From Polymyxa betae A26-41 (taxonomy: Eukaryota > Protista > Endomyxa: Phytomyxea): DNA of 64,000 nt. A program made the position numbers and the translations under genes. Positions 37,158 to 50,911 of this stretch are shown here, piece by piece. Positions within the stretch are counted from its first letter, which is position 1; every line of letters starts with the position of its first letter. The stretch lies in the NCBI GenBank assembly GCA_003693705.1, contig RBZT01000684.1:115485-179484 (forward strand). The letters run 5' to 3'. A model generated the notes under the pieces. It ran no database searches. It had not been told where the DNA came from and saw nothing but the letters and a program-made list of their open reading frames with translations.

Positions 37158-40100
37158 ATGCTTAAAATATCGAATCTGTTAGTCTTCTTATATTTGATCC
37201 TGATTTGCTCGGCATCAGCTTTTGCATCCAATAATGTCAAGTCGTATGTCTACTGTTGGATGTTCATGTGATGTTATTGAATTATCAATAGGGATACCAC
37301 CAAGCAGCAACCGAACATGGCAATGCATCAGTTGAAGGGATCTTCATCGAATCACGATTCAAATGTGATGTCGTCGTCAGCAAGTAGTTCAAGCAAAAGC
37401 TTGAACGATAGAGATTCCAATCACAACGTATTTGCGAGCTATATATGACATTTGAAAATTATTTAATTAGGTTTAGGTGCAGCCTGTTAATCATCGTTCA
37501 GAGCAAGGTGCAGAATCCTATAAAAAAGAAACACATTTGGGCAATAAGCCCGTTAAGGCAACTTCAAAGCAAGTGGGTCAAGCTCCAACTTCATCGTCTT
37601 CTCTTGCAGTTGCTCCACAGAAAACTGTACCACCATATAATGGTGAAGTAGAGCTTCCGCCTCCTCACAAGACTCTTGCGAAAAAAAAACCGAAACAAAC
37701 TTCGCATGAAAATGGGAAGAAAGCGATTTTAAATCACAAAACACTGCTAACTGGGGAAACACACCAAACCAAGCCAGTTGTTCGGCACACTACACGAGCT
37801 CCTTTGAAAAAACAGAAACGAACTCAGCATGAAACCGTGAAGAAGAAAATCTTAAAGCAATNNNNNNNNNNNNNNNNNNNNNNNNNNNNNNNNNNNNNNN
37901 NNNNNNNNNNNNNNNNNNNNNNNNNNNNNNNNNNNNNNNNNNNNNNNNNNNNNNNNNNNNNGAAGAAGAAAATCTTAAAGCAATTAACTCTCAGCGCTCC
38001 TTTGAAGCCAAAACAGAAACGGACGAAAAAGAAAAGTTTGAAGAAGACAACTATGAAGAAAACAGCTAGGAGCAACATTCCTGCTTCAATGCCGGCTTCC
38101 ACTGCTATGGCAACACATACGACAGCAGCACCTTCTCAAGATACTATCATTGTGCCACCATCTTCAAGCGTTCCAGGTTCTGGCAACATCCCTATTCCAG
38201 GAACCAGTCCGATCGCAACGCAAACAATTCCAGCTCCAACCCAAGGCGATATTATCGTTCCGCCATTTACAAGCGCCTTGCCTTCAGACCACAACCCAAC
38301 AACAGCGCCTCCTTCCACAGCGATGGCAACGGAGATGACTACAGCACCATATCAAGGCGTTCATTCCACTTCAAGCGCTCCTTTGGGCAATATCCCAACT
38401 GTAACATCTGCTCCTCCTGTAATCGAAATGCACACCACAGCACCAATTCACGATGAAGTAGTTGGTCCTCCTTATACGAGCGCTCCATTGGGCAATAGCC
38501 CAACTGTAACACCCGCTTCCCCTGCTACTGAGATGCCCACCACAGCACCAATCCATGGCGAAGTAGTTGGTCCTCCTTATACGAGCGCTCCATTGGGCAA
38601 TAGCCCAACTGTAACACCCGCTTCCCCTGCTACTGAGATGCCCACCACAGCACCAATCCATGGTGAAGTAATTGTTCCTCCTTATACGAGCGCTCCATTG
38701 GGCAATAGCCCAACTGTAACACCCGCTTCCCCTGCTACTGAGATGCCCACCACAGCACCAATCCATGGCGAAGTAATTGTTCCTCCTTATACGAGCGCTC
38801 CTTTGGGCAATAGCCCAACTGAAACACCTGCTCCCCCTGCTGTCGAGATGCCCACCACCGCGCCATATCAAGGCGAAATAATTAAGTCTTCCCTTTCAAA
38901 CGCTCCTGCTTTGTGCCCTTGTTTAGTTTCAACCCCCGTTCGCATGCAGACACCGACAACAGAACCAACTACAGCCCCATATGAAGGCGAAGTAGTTCTG
39001 CCTCCTTCTCCGAGCACTCTTGCTTTAGGTAACACTCCGACTTCACCGCCCGCTTCAACTGCTGTCCAAGCACCGACGACAGCGCCAGTTCAGGGCGAAA
39101 TCATAGCTCCATCACCTTCGAATGATATTACGTATCAACATCTGCCTGATAGCCCCATGATCATAACTCAAAAGTCTTCTCACAATTCAGATAAGGCATC
39201 GACGGAAGATTCCAATTTCTCGGCACCGGCATCAACATCATGGGAAGGTAATGCAAACTAACTGTAGCTGACTGTTTCTTCAAACTAAGCTCAGATCCCT
39301 CGAATTCGCAAAAATCGTCGCCAAAGTCTTTAAGTTATGATTCACAGTCAACCAAAGACGACGATTACTCTTACCAGTCACCATCAATATCCCGGTCAGC
39401 AGAGACAAACTTGACAATGGGTAACATTCTTTACCAGTCGGATTCAAGCCCCCATATTGAACATTAGGTACAAGCGACACAGTGGCTCCTAACCTTGTCT
39501 CGATATCTGGAAATGAAACATCAGCAACGGATGCAGGCTCAATTAGCACAGCATTGTCTAATGGATCATCCAACACTTCTAGCAACTGGACATCATCCGA
39601 CAACTCTACTTCAGGAATAACCTCAAACTGGACCACAGTGGTCGCTTCGATGCCGAATGTGTCCTCAAATTCGACAGCAACGGATGGTTCTAACTCCACT
39701 TTGCTGAAGGGCAATTCAACAGGCTCTTCTGAGGTAGACGAGCAGTTTGTCCTAAAACTACTAACTAATGGCATTGCTGTAAACAAGGTTTCGATATCAA
39801 TCAATACTACAAAACCCACAAAAGGTGCTGTCATAAAAAAGAAGAAGGCTTCAAAGAAAAAAAGTACTATAGGCCGAGGAGACGGCCGTCTTAACCGCAG
39901 CATGTTAACAGTAATGTCACAACGTAAGAGAGCTAAGCCAACGAAGTCTACCAGAAACCTTAAAACCCCTTCATCAGCACAAAAAAAATCAGTCTCAACA
40001 TTGAAACACAAGCAAACCAAGCGCGTTAATGCATCAGCCATGCAAAAGGATGCAACAATCATGCCAACAGTAACGGCAATCATTCAAACAAAGAGGAACA

Positions 40101-40363
40101 AAAAATCTTCAGCGGCCAAGGGAGTGCCGAATACAGCACCCGCCACTTCAGCTCCGATCGTCGCACCAGCAACACCAAATCCCATTCCTAGCGGTCAGAT
40201 TGTTACCTTGCAACCGTTTCGACCTCAAATCGCAACCAGCGCTGTCTTCTCGAGCAGAAAAGCGGCCCCATCGGAGATCAATACCAACCAAGCGCCTCAG
40301 TCCATGAAGACTTCCCTAGCTTTCACGATAACATTTATAGCTCTTATGACGTTTGTAATATAA
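37158..40363 (+). CDS. Secreted mucin-like surface protein with Lys-rich blocks, P/T repeats and a GPI-like tail
   Basis: Signal peptide MLKISNLLVFLYLILICSASAFA; short introns join ORFs 37477-39261 and 39482-40363; hydrophobic C-terminus TSLAFTITFIALMTFVI; spans the N gap. Confidence 0.7.
37862..37961. other. Assembly gap (100 N)
   Basis: Run of N flanked on both sides by GAAGAAGAAAATCTTAAAGCAAT, suggesting a collapsed repeat. Confidence 0.98.
38374..38880 (+). repeat. Coding minisatellite, 105-bp (35-aa) unit, ~5 copies
   Basis: AGCGCTCC(T/A)TTGGGCAATA starts at 38374, 38479, 38584, 38689 and 38794. Confidence 0.95.
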
Positions 40364-40416
40364 ATGTTTCCAATCTTAATAATAAACTAGTACGCTACAG
40401 TTTTAACCATTACTGA

Positions 40417-41503
40417 TTACTGTGACCTTGGATCTTTATGTAACCTCAACGCCGATTTGATCTTTTGAGACTGAAATTCTTCTATGTCAAATCGAGGATC
40501 TAAAAGCTGGTCACGATTAGCAATGCAATTATCTGGGATGTCTGTTTGAGCAGCTAGACAACCTAAGTGATCGCCGATAAGATTTATACCTATTCATTAA
40601 ACATAAAACACAAACCTCCAATCCACTTTAACGTATCAGGTGGGTAATTAGGCTTAATTATGTTAACCGAAGACCTCAAACCTATTAAACAGTGAGCAAA
40701 GAATGATGAGTTCATTGATTGAGCAAACTACCATCAAATTTCTTATTTGAATCGCCATCTATCCGTCGAAAGAGGTGATTCAAGATTAGATCCGGTATTC
40801 CAGGGATTGCAGCTACACCTCCTGATAGCACAATAGAGTTGATTAGGCACCGTCTACAGTCGATTGGCGATTTCGAGATTGTTTGAAGTAATAGATCTGC
40901 TGCGTCTCTAGCATAATCATCGCAGATTGCCATAAGTGTATCAAGTTCAATTATATGTCCTGGAAAATGACTGGATTGAAATCCTATTTTCGATCTCCGT
41001 TTCGGGCTCTTTACTTGCATATTCGCCAGGCCAGAAACCGTCATTAACTCGACAATATCGTCATCGCTAACTTCAGAATGTTCCAATCTTGTATATAAGC
41101 GGAAAAGTTCCAGAAACGGCTCCGAACTGATTTTCACTGCTGAGGAGAACAACTGGCCGAATATAACAGGAGCCACAGTCGTATGACGATAGGCGAGTTG
41201 AACGACTAAGACAGTACGACGAGCTGCTGTTAGACTAATCAGCAACGGAGCAGCAATGAATGCAACGTGTTTAGCTCTCAAAGACGCTAACTGCTGGGCA
41301 ATTTTTCGCTGCTTCGGTCTCGACCAATTCGTATCCCAGCAGACCAGAACGCGACCATTTCGAATCGCTGATATTGGAGGCAGATGTTGCAGCTCCAGCA
41401 GACGCCGGCGATGGGTCGCTGTATAGATGGGTCGCGGGTGTGATGCCAAACCATACAATTGCAATCTGGATCCCGACACTAACAAGACCCAATCAGAATC
41501 CAT
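40417..41503 (-). CDS. Divergent actin-related protein, Arp10/Arp11 (dynactin) type
   Basis: TVAPVIFG, LLQTISKSPIDCRRCLINSIVLSGGVAAIPG, KWIGG. Confidence 0.7.
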
Positions 41504-42015
41504 GTGAGGCTCTTCGTAACGTGAAAGACACTGAGAACTACACTGCACGCATGTGATAGGACTTCCGACCCGTTCACCTCACAATTTAGTAGGGCGGGTG
41601 CTATCAGCCTGTCAGAATAGCGAGGGGTTTCAGGGTTTGCCTTTCCATGCCAGCACAACCGGTAACTTCAATTCTAAGTGAAATAATAGATTCGAAATGA
41701 GTTATGATTGTATGTTTTTTTGAGCACAAATCCAGCCCGGGCATCATTGGCTTGGTTGTATTCATAGTCATCGTCAGTGAAAACGACGTTGTGGTCTGAC
41801 ATAAGTAATGACTGAAAGGAGAGAGAATCGTGAAAGCTTGAATCACAATGTGAGATGAAATGAAATCAGCCAATACGTCGTTGGTCAAAGGCAAGACAAA
41901 AACCACAATAATCGCATTAATGGGAAGATGACAACCTCGCCCCAATCATTAACGTCTACAAATGGATAAGGCTGCCATCAACAATAAAATGAAATAATTG
42001 GGATTTTTATGGAAT

Positions 42016-42513
42016 TTAAGCAGCAGGGACATCGACTTCACCGTTGTCGAGCTGGACCTGCAGGTCACGAGGGTGCTGGCCGTCTATTGTGCAGCCGACA
42101 GAGAAGCAGGTTCCCAGGATCTCCTTGACGGTTCCCTTGAGCTCCTTGGCCATGGATCGGGATCGCATAGTACGGGCGATGTCCAACAGGGCCTCGAACG
42201 AGATGTCACCGTTGTGCTTGATGTTCTTCTCCTTCTTACGATCACGGATGGGCTCCTTGAGAGCGGCAATGACTAGGGAGGAAGCAGATGGCACAACCTC
42301 GACCTGGGCCTGACGATTCTCAACGGTCAGCTTGCAGGTGACACGCAGACCCTTGTATTGCTGAGTGGCCTTGGCGATATCATCACCGATTTTCTTCGGG
42401 GAAAGACCCAGAGGACCGACTTTCGGGGCCAGAGTAGAGGCCGGGGCCGGTTCTCCTCCGAAAACACGAAGGTAGATGACGATAGTCGCGCCGGCTTCGA
42501 ACTTGGGCGGCAT
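42016..42513 (-). CDS. RPL12: 60S ribosomal protein L12 (uL11), intronless
   Basis: MPPKF...[23 protein letters not shown]...[16 protein letters not shown]. Confidence 0.97.
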   Translation of the reverse strand: MPPKFEAGATIVIYLRVFGGEPAPASTLAPKVGPLGLSPKKIGDDIAKATQQYKGLRVTCKLTVENRQAQVEVVPSASSLVIAALKEPIRDRKKEKNIKHNGDISFEALLDIARTMRSRSMAKELKGTVKEILGTCFSVGCTIDGQHPRDLQVQLDNGEVDVPAA

Positions 42514-42707
42514 GATTAACAGAAGAGAATTTGGATAATTGACGGACACCGTCGCGGACTAACATGGATCGGCCTATACTGTATCAGCGCTAATATGAGC
42601 ACCATTCATCTCAAACAAATCGTCGTTCACGACTTTTCGAAGAAGGCTACAATCGGATATTTAACCGAAGCATTCACGTGAACAGAGCGATGTTAGCCTG
42701 GTTAGGT

Positions 42708-43460
42708 TTATCGAGGATTTAAACTAATATGTGAAAGCATTTCGGGAATAGAAGCCAAGCAATGGCCGTATTGCGATGAATTGTTATACAGATCGAACAA
42801 AGGAACGGCGAGGAGTTTCAGATTGGCTGGGACAGCAAAGGCACACTTCTCTGGTAAAGGGACGAGATACACTTTACGAGCTTCTTTAGGAGAGATGACA
42901 TGAGGTGGAATGTAAGGATAGGCGACTTCTTCGAATGTTGGTCGCCACCAGGTCGCGATCAAAGGTCCGATCTGAAACGAAACCATTTTCAGCAAACGCT
43001 TTCGTCGTTCGTCAGGAACAGATTGTTACCGTCCATTCAATCGAGGTTTCGTTGCTATTGGCATCAAATGAGAGTTTCGAGGTCAGTTTTCTCTTCAGGC
43101 CTTCGATTTCATCGTCGCCAGCTTTGAGACGCCCTCCGGGACTGCATTTGAGCACTGCTGTATTAAAAACCTACTACAAATACAATAACGATGCTGATTT
43201 ACAGTTTAAAGCGATTCATGCCTTCCTGCAGCAGCAGGACGTGTGGATGGTTATGCAGATGAACGAGAAGGATCCCTTCAACGGAACGCTGCAGGCCTCC
43301 GGCTGCAAATTTCTAAACGGAGTGAGAGCCCAGCGTTCGTATTGGGACATCTCGATACCTGGCGAAGAATCACCTTCTGAGGTGCCTCTTTGCGCTTCAA
43401 AGGCGCCTTTTCACCAAACATCGAATGGCTGACATTATGGACATCGAAGACAGTGACCAT
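42708..43460 (-). CDS. NUDT21: Cleavage factor Im 25 kDa subunit (CPSF5)
   Basis: HNHPHVLLLQ, PGGRL, WWRPTFE, YPYIPPHV, LLAVPLFDLYNN...YG. Confidence 0.92.
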
Positions 43461-45047
43461 ATTAGATGGATCTCAAATGCGCATAGGCAGATGCAACGTC
43501 AGCCTCAGGAAACGCTCAAGACTGCTCCCAGATCTGCAGGCTGTTGAGCACGGTAGTAGGTAGAGAGAGAGAGCGACGAATTCACTCCTAAATGAAATAT
43601 AAAGCGCAAATCAACGCAGTCCATTGTGAGATGTTGAAAGGTAGACAACAACCTCTGATTTGATGGTTCAGGTTTGTTTCCTTTTAAGACCTTTCATATT
43701 CGGCCTGAACCCGATCAAACTCCCCATGCAAGGTTACGTCATACTTCGACAAATCTTCATGACACTGGGCACAAACAGCCCTTAGGACCCAGAGGCCTGC
43801 GAAATCTGGACAAGATTTTATTAGGACGAATACCTGTATTGTCGTCATGAGGTGAAATTCTCGACTCAGTCGTAATCGCTGATCAATCTGTCTCTGCGAA
43901 CGCTCTTTGGTCGTTGCTTTATTGAGTATTCCTCTGATAATTCATTGTTCATCATTCTCGATTGAAATTGGTTGTTCTGTTCTGTATGCCCGATTAAGGT
44001 TTCAAGACTGTTATTATTCCCCTTTTTGTGGCCAACAATAATTTAAGATTCTCTATAGAAAGAATATTATTTTAGTAAATAAAGGTTCTAAAGTCTTCGA
44101 TAAGACCAGTTCAAGACAAAGATGAACATGCCGTTGCATTCCAAAACCGGGTCTTCAGAAAGGCTTTTCGCATGTCACCAACATGCAATGAAATTGCAGA
44201 TAAATGGCCAGGTTTAACCGATCAAACCATTCTCGGGATTTTCATACAATGCAGTAAGATCATATCAGCCAGTTCTGTATTGTATGGTGTTGTAGGGGCA
44301 GCCGATTGAGGACGAGATTAAAGTGCTCAGCGACAAGCTAGCAACCGCAGAGAAAAATATAATGACACCGAGGATAAGCTAAACGATGTTTGTCAGGACG
44401 GATGGATGCCAGAAGGAGGTTAGCGTTATGATCTCTTCGAACCAAAGAATCGTTGCTTGATTAAGAAATCACAGCACAGCTCTGTTTGGGTTTCCAGGTG
44501 GATCTCATTGACGAAATCCACATTGTTGTTATGTTCCAGCAATTGTCGTTGCATCATTACAATGAAGTTATGAATTCGTGGCCTATTATGCCAGTAATGG
44601 ATCAAGGAATGCAGAAGACGCTTGCTGTAATTCATCATGGCTTGATCTCTAGAAGTCCAATTAACAAACGAATATTGAATATATCACAAAACAAATTATT
44701 AATTCTGGAGTGTTATTAAGGTACCGCCTTCGCTAGGAACTGGAATATGATCGCTATGAAAGCCGAACATTATCACATCCAACTCATTTCGGTTCAGCAA
44801 GGAATCAACACTCGCCTTCATCAAAACAACAAAGGATTGAACGACGTGCAGAATGCGACCTGTCTTCTAACTCCATATACCAGTTGCTAACAATGTAGAA
44901 AGCGTACAGCTACACAAGCGAAGAATGAAGGCAACAAAGAGAGGCATTTGAATCGAGCTAAGCCCGAGACAAAGCGACAGCAAGAGCGACACTCAATGAT
45001 TAAGATCAGAACAACATGTATATTGGTGCCATTGAAGAGATATTTGT

Positions 45048-45417
45048 TTACTTGTTCATAACTTCAGACAGTTCTGAGAACTTGGCCTTGGCGCGCTTGT
45101 GTGTACCCAACTGAGCCAACGAATTAGACGAAGACAAAATCAAAACGTTAAACAAAACATACGCGTTTCTTGGCGAACTTCAGGGCTCGCTTCTGTGAGT
45201 TGACACCACCGCCCTTGATCAATTCGATAATGCGTTTCTCGTAAGGAGCGAATCCGGTGACGGCTCGGATCACGCTGCGAACCTGCTTGGTACGAGCTCC
45301 GAGCTTGCCCTTGCGGTTCGAAGGTCTGGGACGGGGGACACGCTTGGTGACGACATGGCCCTTGGCAAGCCCAGCGGCAATGCCTGGAACGGATCCCTCA
45401 GGGCGCTGGAACAACAT
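45048..45417 (-). CDS. RPL36: 60S ribosomal protein L36 (eL36)
   Basis: [35 protein letters not shown], intron, then LGTHKRAK. Confidence 0.95.
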
Positions 45418-45815
45418 GGTGATAACGTCGATGTGAAGCCAATCTCCTGAAGGAGTCCGCGAACTCCGTACGGACTCATGGCATATACGGCAGGCCCTAA
45501 TCTTTCCAAAAAAAATTCAGACAACTTTCCAATTTTGAACAGAAAAAATTACACAGCCTCAAACGTATATTTAATCGGCAAAGCCAGTTATGAGTGGATT
45601 GAAGCGATAAAACTCGTATTTTATATTGCATTTCCAGGCTCCAATGATCAGAGTCTCCCGAGCTGCTTCAGTAGCATTCAAAGAAGCCGTCTAAAATACT
45701 TCATACGAATGCTGATTCGTATCTTTTAATGTCCCGTTCAAATGAGTAACAGACGTCCATAATAATCTAGTTTTCAAATTATGCTTAGTCGTCTTATTAG
45801 GTTTTTCTACATTAT

Positions 45816-46541
45816 TTAACGAATATAGCTCCTCGATGAAGTAGTTTTGCGTTTCTTTTTTGATTTTTTGGAGCCAGTCCTGGTTGGGCAGGATTGGGCT
45901 CCATGACTTTCCGAATTGCATATGCTGCATCTATGTGAAAACTGACATTCCTTCGAGGAATTCCGACAGTGACTGTCGTTGAAGTAATGGCAAGACGTTT
46001 CGTCTGACCCAAGAGCCCTCTCATGAGATTCTTTGTGGGAGCGCTTATTAGATGGCTTCTCACGATCACGACTTCTGACATCGTTCCGACAATGGTTTTC
46101 TTTGTTATCAAAATCAGGGAGCTCTCCTGCTTCTAACTCGTCGTACATTCGTCCAGCATCCCTGTGGGACGAATGGATTCCTTTCTCAGTTTCCTTATAC
46201 TCCTTGTCCATAGGCGTAAACGTCAGAATATAGGTTGCAAAGTCCCTCATTTGCTCACAAAACTGAACCGAGCCTATTATCCAATCAACATAAGCAGCAG
46301 CAGATCAATACATCTCACGCTCTGCAAACATTCTCACATCCGCCGATTGAGATTGAAACGACGTCTCAGCAGGCAGATAAATAACTTTGGTGCCCGACGC
46401 CTGGATCTGATCTAGGATTTGTGAGAGAGCCGCTTGAGCAGCCAGACGAATTCGCCGTTCCTCAGCGATGGCCTGTCGGAGAGTGGCATTCTCTATTTGG
46501 AGACGAGCGACGACCTCTGGGTAAGAAGGCCAGGCGGACAT
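45816..46541 (-). mobile_element. Gag-like relic with DIRS/Ngaro-type CCCH-CCHC zinc finger
   Basis: CHYFNDSHC...CQFSHRCSICNSESHGAQSC followed by a basic tail; upstream coiled-coil ORF; no RT or recombinase recognisable. Confidence 0.45.
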
Positions 46542-47364
46542 GCTGCTATCCGATTAATGACAAGTATACAGAATCGACAGAATAATGTTATAATGACAGT
46601 CTAAGACTGCTTGTTGCTGACAGATAAGGCTAACTAACGAGGGTTTCAGCACTGACATCATGACCCGGTCAACAGTCATGTCTCTCCAACGTTACAATTC
46701 TCTAACGGGCAACTTTCAGCTTGTGAAAAGTTTCTATTTACTTGCTCTCTTGGTGCTCTCAACCTCAGATAAGATCAGGAATCTATAATGTAAACGGTCG
46801 AAGGCTCCGAAATTTGTCAGCTTTGTTTGCCTGCGGGAAGCCTCTAGGTGAGCAGAAACAGCATGGAAACGTTCCTTTGGGATTTTTCATCCAGGGACAA
46901 GCCGCCTATGGATCTAAATTTAGATCTTTACAGAGTCTTGCACAGTTGCTTCCAAATCCAGCGAATTTTTCGTCATTACGAAGTTGCTGGCCATTGTCTC
47001 AGCCGCTTAAATGCTGATAATGTGGATTCGAGAAGCTACCGCTCTCTCTCTCTACGTATGCTCGCTGTTAAATTGTCTATCGCATTGTAATTTTTTTTCA
47101 TTGTGGTCTTGAACTTCTCACGTTAATTTGCGATAAACACTAACAACAACCGCATTGGCGGTGCATCATCAAGGATGCATTCAATCTGGTTTGAGAAAAG
47201 AGAACAGGAATGCCAATGGCTTTCGTTAACCTCTAAGCTGAATCTTTCTGCTTTGCTGGTTTTAACTGATGTCGCGCCTGCCATCTGCTGTGACTGACCT
47301 CTATTCAGTTCACAGAATTGTTTCGAAAGTAAAACTTAAGACTAGCCCGCTGAACAATCAAGTC

Positions 47365-48048
47365 ATGAGTATTGGCAAGATAATTGCATGGTCGTTATTG
47401 ACCGTTTTGGTTTCTCAAATCCAGTCTCATCTCGTTGACTATAAGTCATGCTCGAGCTATCAGGCAGATGACGAAACTCGCCTTCAAATCAAAGAGGTTT
47501 GGACCAACAAGTTTGTAGTGCATCTGAGTTTGAACCGAGTCCATAGATAGATATATCACCATGGCCGATCCGTCGAGGAAGCGATGCTGCTGCCACATTT
47601 GGCATGAATCTGAAATCTGCTATAGACAAAGGTAGCCACTATGAAGTTGAGGTTGTAGTAAGATGATGAGATCAAGACAGTGGTTAATCTTAGCATTAGG
47701 TGAAATACAGAGGTTTTCCGTTAATCAAGCAGAGTGGCGATCTTTGCACTCTCGATCCAGCTTTAACGTGCCCTCATGAACCCATTGATTCAGCGACTCT
47801 TTCGTACCGCTTCACTATGCCAAATGTTCCGATTGCTGGGAATCTGGACATACAATTGCAGATTTGGAATCAAGACAAGCAAGAATGTAAGTTCTAGATT
47901 ATCATTTGTGCAGGATTGAAATAACGAACGTGTTCTAGTGTGTTGTGTCTCATTCGCAATGGCAATCGCGGAATTATATGATCAAGATTTTGTGAATCTA
48001 GGAGAATTGATATCCAACCGCCAGCAAATAAACATAGTAACAGAATGA
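47365..48048 (+). CDS. Secreted ML-domain (NPC2/MD-2-like lipid-binding) protein, paralogue 1
   Basis: Signal peptide, YKSC, IDISPWPI, GDLCTLDPALTCP, LCCVSF; 4 exons. Confidence 0.85.
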
Positions 48049-48496
48049 TCTAACATGTGGAATGCAAGATCGCCGCATAGTTTAGGCACATAATCAATAA
48101 CACATCTGGACTGTCAAAGTGTATCGATCAGAAGTTCCTAGCTGTAGTGTAAACGGCGAAGCCAGCATTACATGAAACAAAATATGAACCATAAAATTTC
48201 AGCATGCAGTACTGTATAGAATTATAGATAGTATAATAGATTTATCCCTGAGTTGGTAGCGAGGTACCATGTATAGAGCTATGTTAGGACGCAGTTTTTT
48301 TGCGGCCTTATCGATTTACAGTCGTATTTTATTCAAAAATAACTTTAAAGTTAATAAAAGTAAAAAAGTGATTCGAAATCTTGAAATGAACCGGTCGCAA
48401 ATACAGATAGGGTATTGCGAAAAGTTGCCATTGCGCCACACCTAGGATTGGATTTTTCCATTCACGAGCGGAAGTCGGCAGTTCATCCATAAAGAT

Positions 48497-50834
48497 ATGA
48501 CAAATTTCCCTGGACCTCATGAATTCCACGATATTTATCTGGTCGCTCGACGAAACCGGGTCTGGAAATTCATCTTAGGCCTGCATGGGATTGCTCATGG
48601 TTCTAGCAGACACCTGGGAATTTGACGCTGGGCTTGGATCAGATATCATGGTCAGCGAAGCGAAACTCAGATAGAGTAGTCAAGATTTCGGCTACCGATA
48701 TCAGCAACATGAAATGGTGTCAAGCCGATCAATACTTCCAGCTCACGGTTGATGCAAGAGACGAGGATGCCTTCTCGTTCCATGGTTTTAAAGACAAGGT
48801 TTTTGTTGCCTATCTTTCTTAGTCGATTTTAAATGCTGCTCTTAGGAATTTGATGTGTTGACAAAATTTGCTAATAGCAATGGAATCAATATCCAGAAGG
48901 TGAAGTTGGCCACATCAGGCTGGAATTGGGGCGATTGTACTGTCGATGATGGCCAGATTTCATTCAAAACTGGCGAGGATTCGGTTTTTGAGATTCCTCT
49001 AACCGATATTTCTCAGGCAGCTCGTCAAGGTCGGTTGTATTTTCGCAGGAACGTCGCTATTGTTCATTCTGCTATCATAGGCAAGAATGAAGTATCAGTC
49101 GAGTTTCATCAAGACGATACAGCTCCTCCTGATGAAGATTGTCTTGTAATTAAACCCCAAAACTGATATCTCGCGAAGCTAACCAGCTCTCTAGGTTGAG
49201 ATGAGATTATACGTGCCGCCTTTGGGTCTTGATGTAGCCGACGAAGATGAAGCTACTCGGCAAGAGATAGCGGTCAGCAAGTTTCACGAGACCATTCGAG
49301 AGAAGATTGTTAGCACAGGGCTACAGGTGTGCTTCTTTGTGCTTCATCGGGCTTCATTCAACGCTCGCTCAGGACGAAAGTATCGCGACCTTTTCGGAGG
49401 TGCTCTTTATATCGCCTCGTGGCCGTTACGAGATCGAAATGTTCGCATCGTATCTCACACTACATGGCAAGACATTCACGTATAAAATTCTGTATAAGAG
49501 CATCAGCCAGCTATTCCTGCTGGAGAACCCAGACAAAGTTTGTTGCAATCGGACTCGAAGCTTGTTTTGACTTTCTAAAGTATGGCTGCAGGTTGTGTTT
49601 GTGGTTGGGCTGGATCCTGCTATTAGACAGGGAGGCACCATGTACCCTTATCTGTTGATGTCTTTCGACCCCGAAGACGAAATCGAACTACATCCAAACT
49701 TGAGCCCGGAGGTCGTCAAGGAAAAATACAACAGTTCGATCTGTGCCTCGTCGTAAAGCCTTAAAGTTTATATCTTCTAGATAAACTTGCCGTCGATATG
49801 GAAGGTCCCGTTCATGAGATCATCGGTCGAGTTTTCCGAGCTCTGACCAATCGCAAGGTGGCCGCAATTCTCAGCAATTCTCCCTTGAATTGGTGATATT
49901 TATCTATCTCTACAGGTGGTGGTTCCCGGAAGCTTCTGCAGTGCTGAAGGCAACAAATGTGTTCAATGTTCACTCAAAGCCAACGACGGCTTCCTGCATC
50001 CGTTGGAGAAGTGTTTCTTTTTCGTCAACAAGCCTGTCACATATCTGCGATACGACGACATCGCTTCTATCGAATTCGCGCGAGTCGATGCCAAATCGAA
50101 GACTTTCGATTTGATTATCACTCGCCGCCAGCCAGGCACTATCATCTTCACACAAATTTCTCGTGACGAGTACACGTATGTTTCATTTCTGCTGTCTTTG
50201 TGTTTGCTTTCACTGAGCAAGCTGGTAGACCCCTTTTGGAATTTTTGAAATCCAAAAACATTCATATTGCCAATATGACTAACGAGGAGGTTGAAGAGGA
50301 CGCCGGCGATGCTCGAGTATCGAGCTCTGGGCGCAAGATTCGACCCAATAAAGAAGCAGATGAAGGTTAGTTGGCATTCCATTGCTAACTTTATCGTTGA
50401 CCGAATTGCTATAGAACCAGCTGAGGAAGTGGATGAAAGCGAGGATGACGAGTCGTTCAAGGCTGAAAGCGAAGACGAGGTGTCCGACGAGTACTCGTCT
50501 AGATCTCGAGCCTCCGATGAAGAAGGTGGAGATGTTGAAGATGATGCTGATGATGATGACGAAGAGGCTGGAGATGAAGATGAGGTTTGTGATGCACCAT
50601 CGCTTGTCCTTATAGTGTTGATTTGTGTGTATCTTTTAGGAAGAGCAAATGAGTGATGACGATGAAGTCGAGGAAGAAGAGGAACCGGTGAAACCTAAGA
50701 AGTCGAAAGCTTCCGGTTCAAGCAAACCCGACCAGGTGAAAAAGAAGCAGAAAAAGGTCATCAGTATTGGCCTATTTCAGGTTTCATCTGTTGAAGATTT
50801 TGTGTAGGCATCAAGGGATTCTGATTCTGATTAA
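48497..50834 (+). CDS. SSRP1: FACT complex subunit SSRP1/Pob3 (no HMG box)
   Basis: SGWNWG, KNEVSVEF, EMRLYVP, PRGRYEIEM, LDPAIRQGGTMYP, KANDGFLHPLEKCFFF, acidic tail. Confidence 0.95.
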
Positions 50835-50911
50835 TGTTTGGAAAATAGCTACATATACATTCACAAAGATTTTGTTTATCTTGCGGGATGATTCATATCG
50901 TCAGTTCGAGT

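Noticed and set aside
39280-40083. 267-aa minus-strand ORF (also 818-1222 and 51773-52231)
   Set aside because: Antisense shadows of low-complexity coding regions
45453-45477. 7-bp hairpin GAGTCCG...CGGACTC upstream of RPL36
   Set aside because: Too short to be significant on its own
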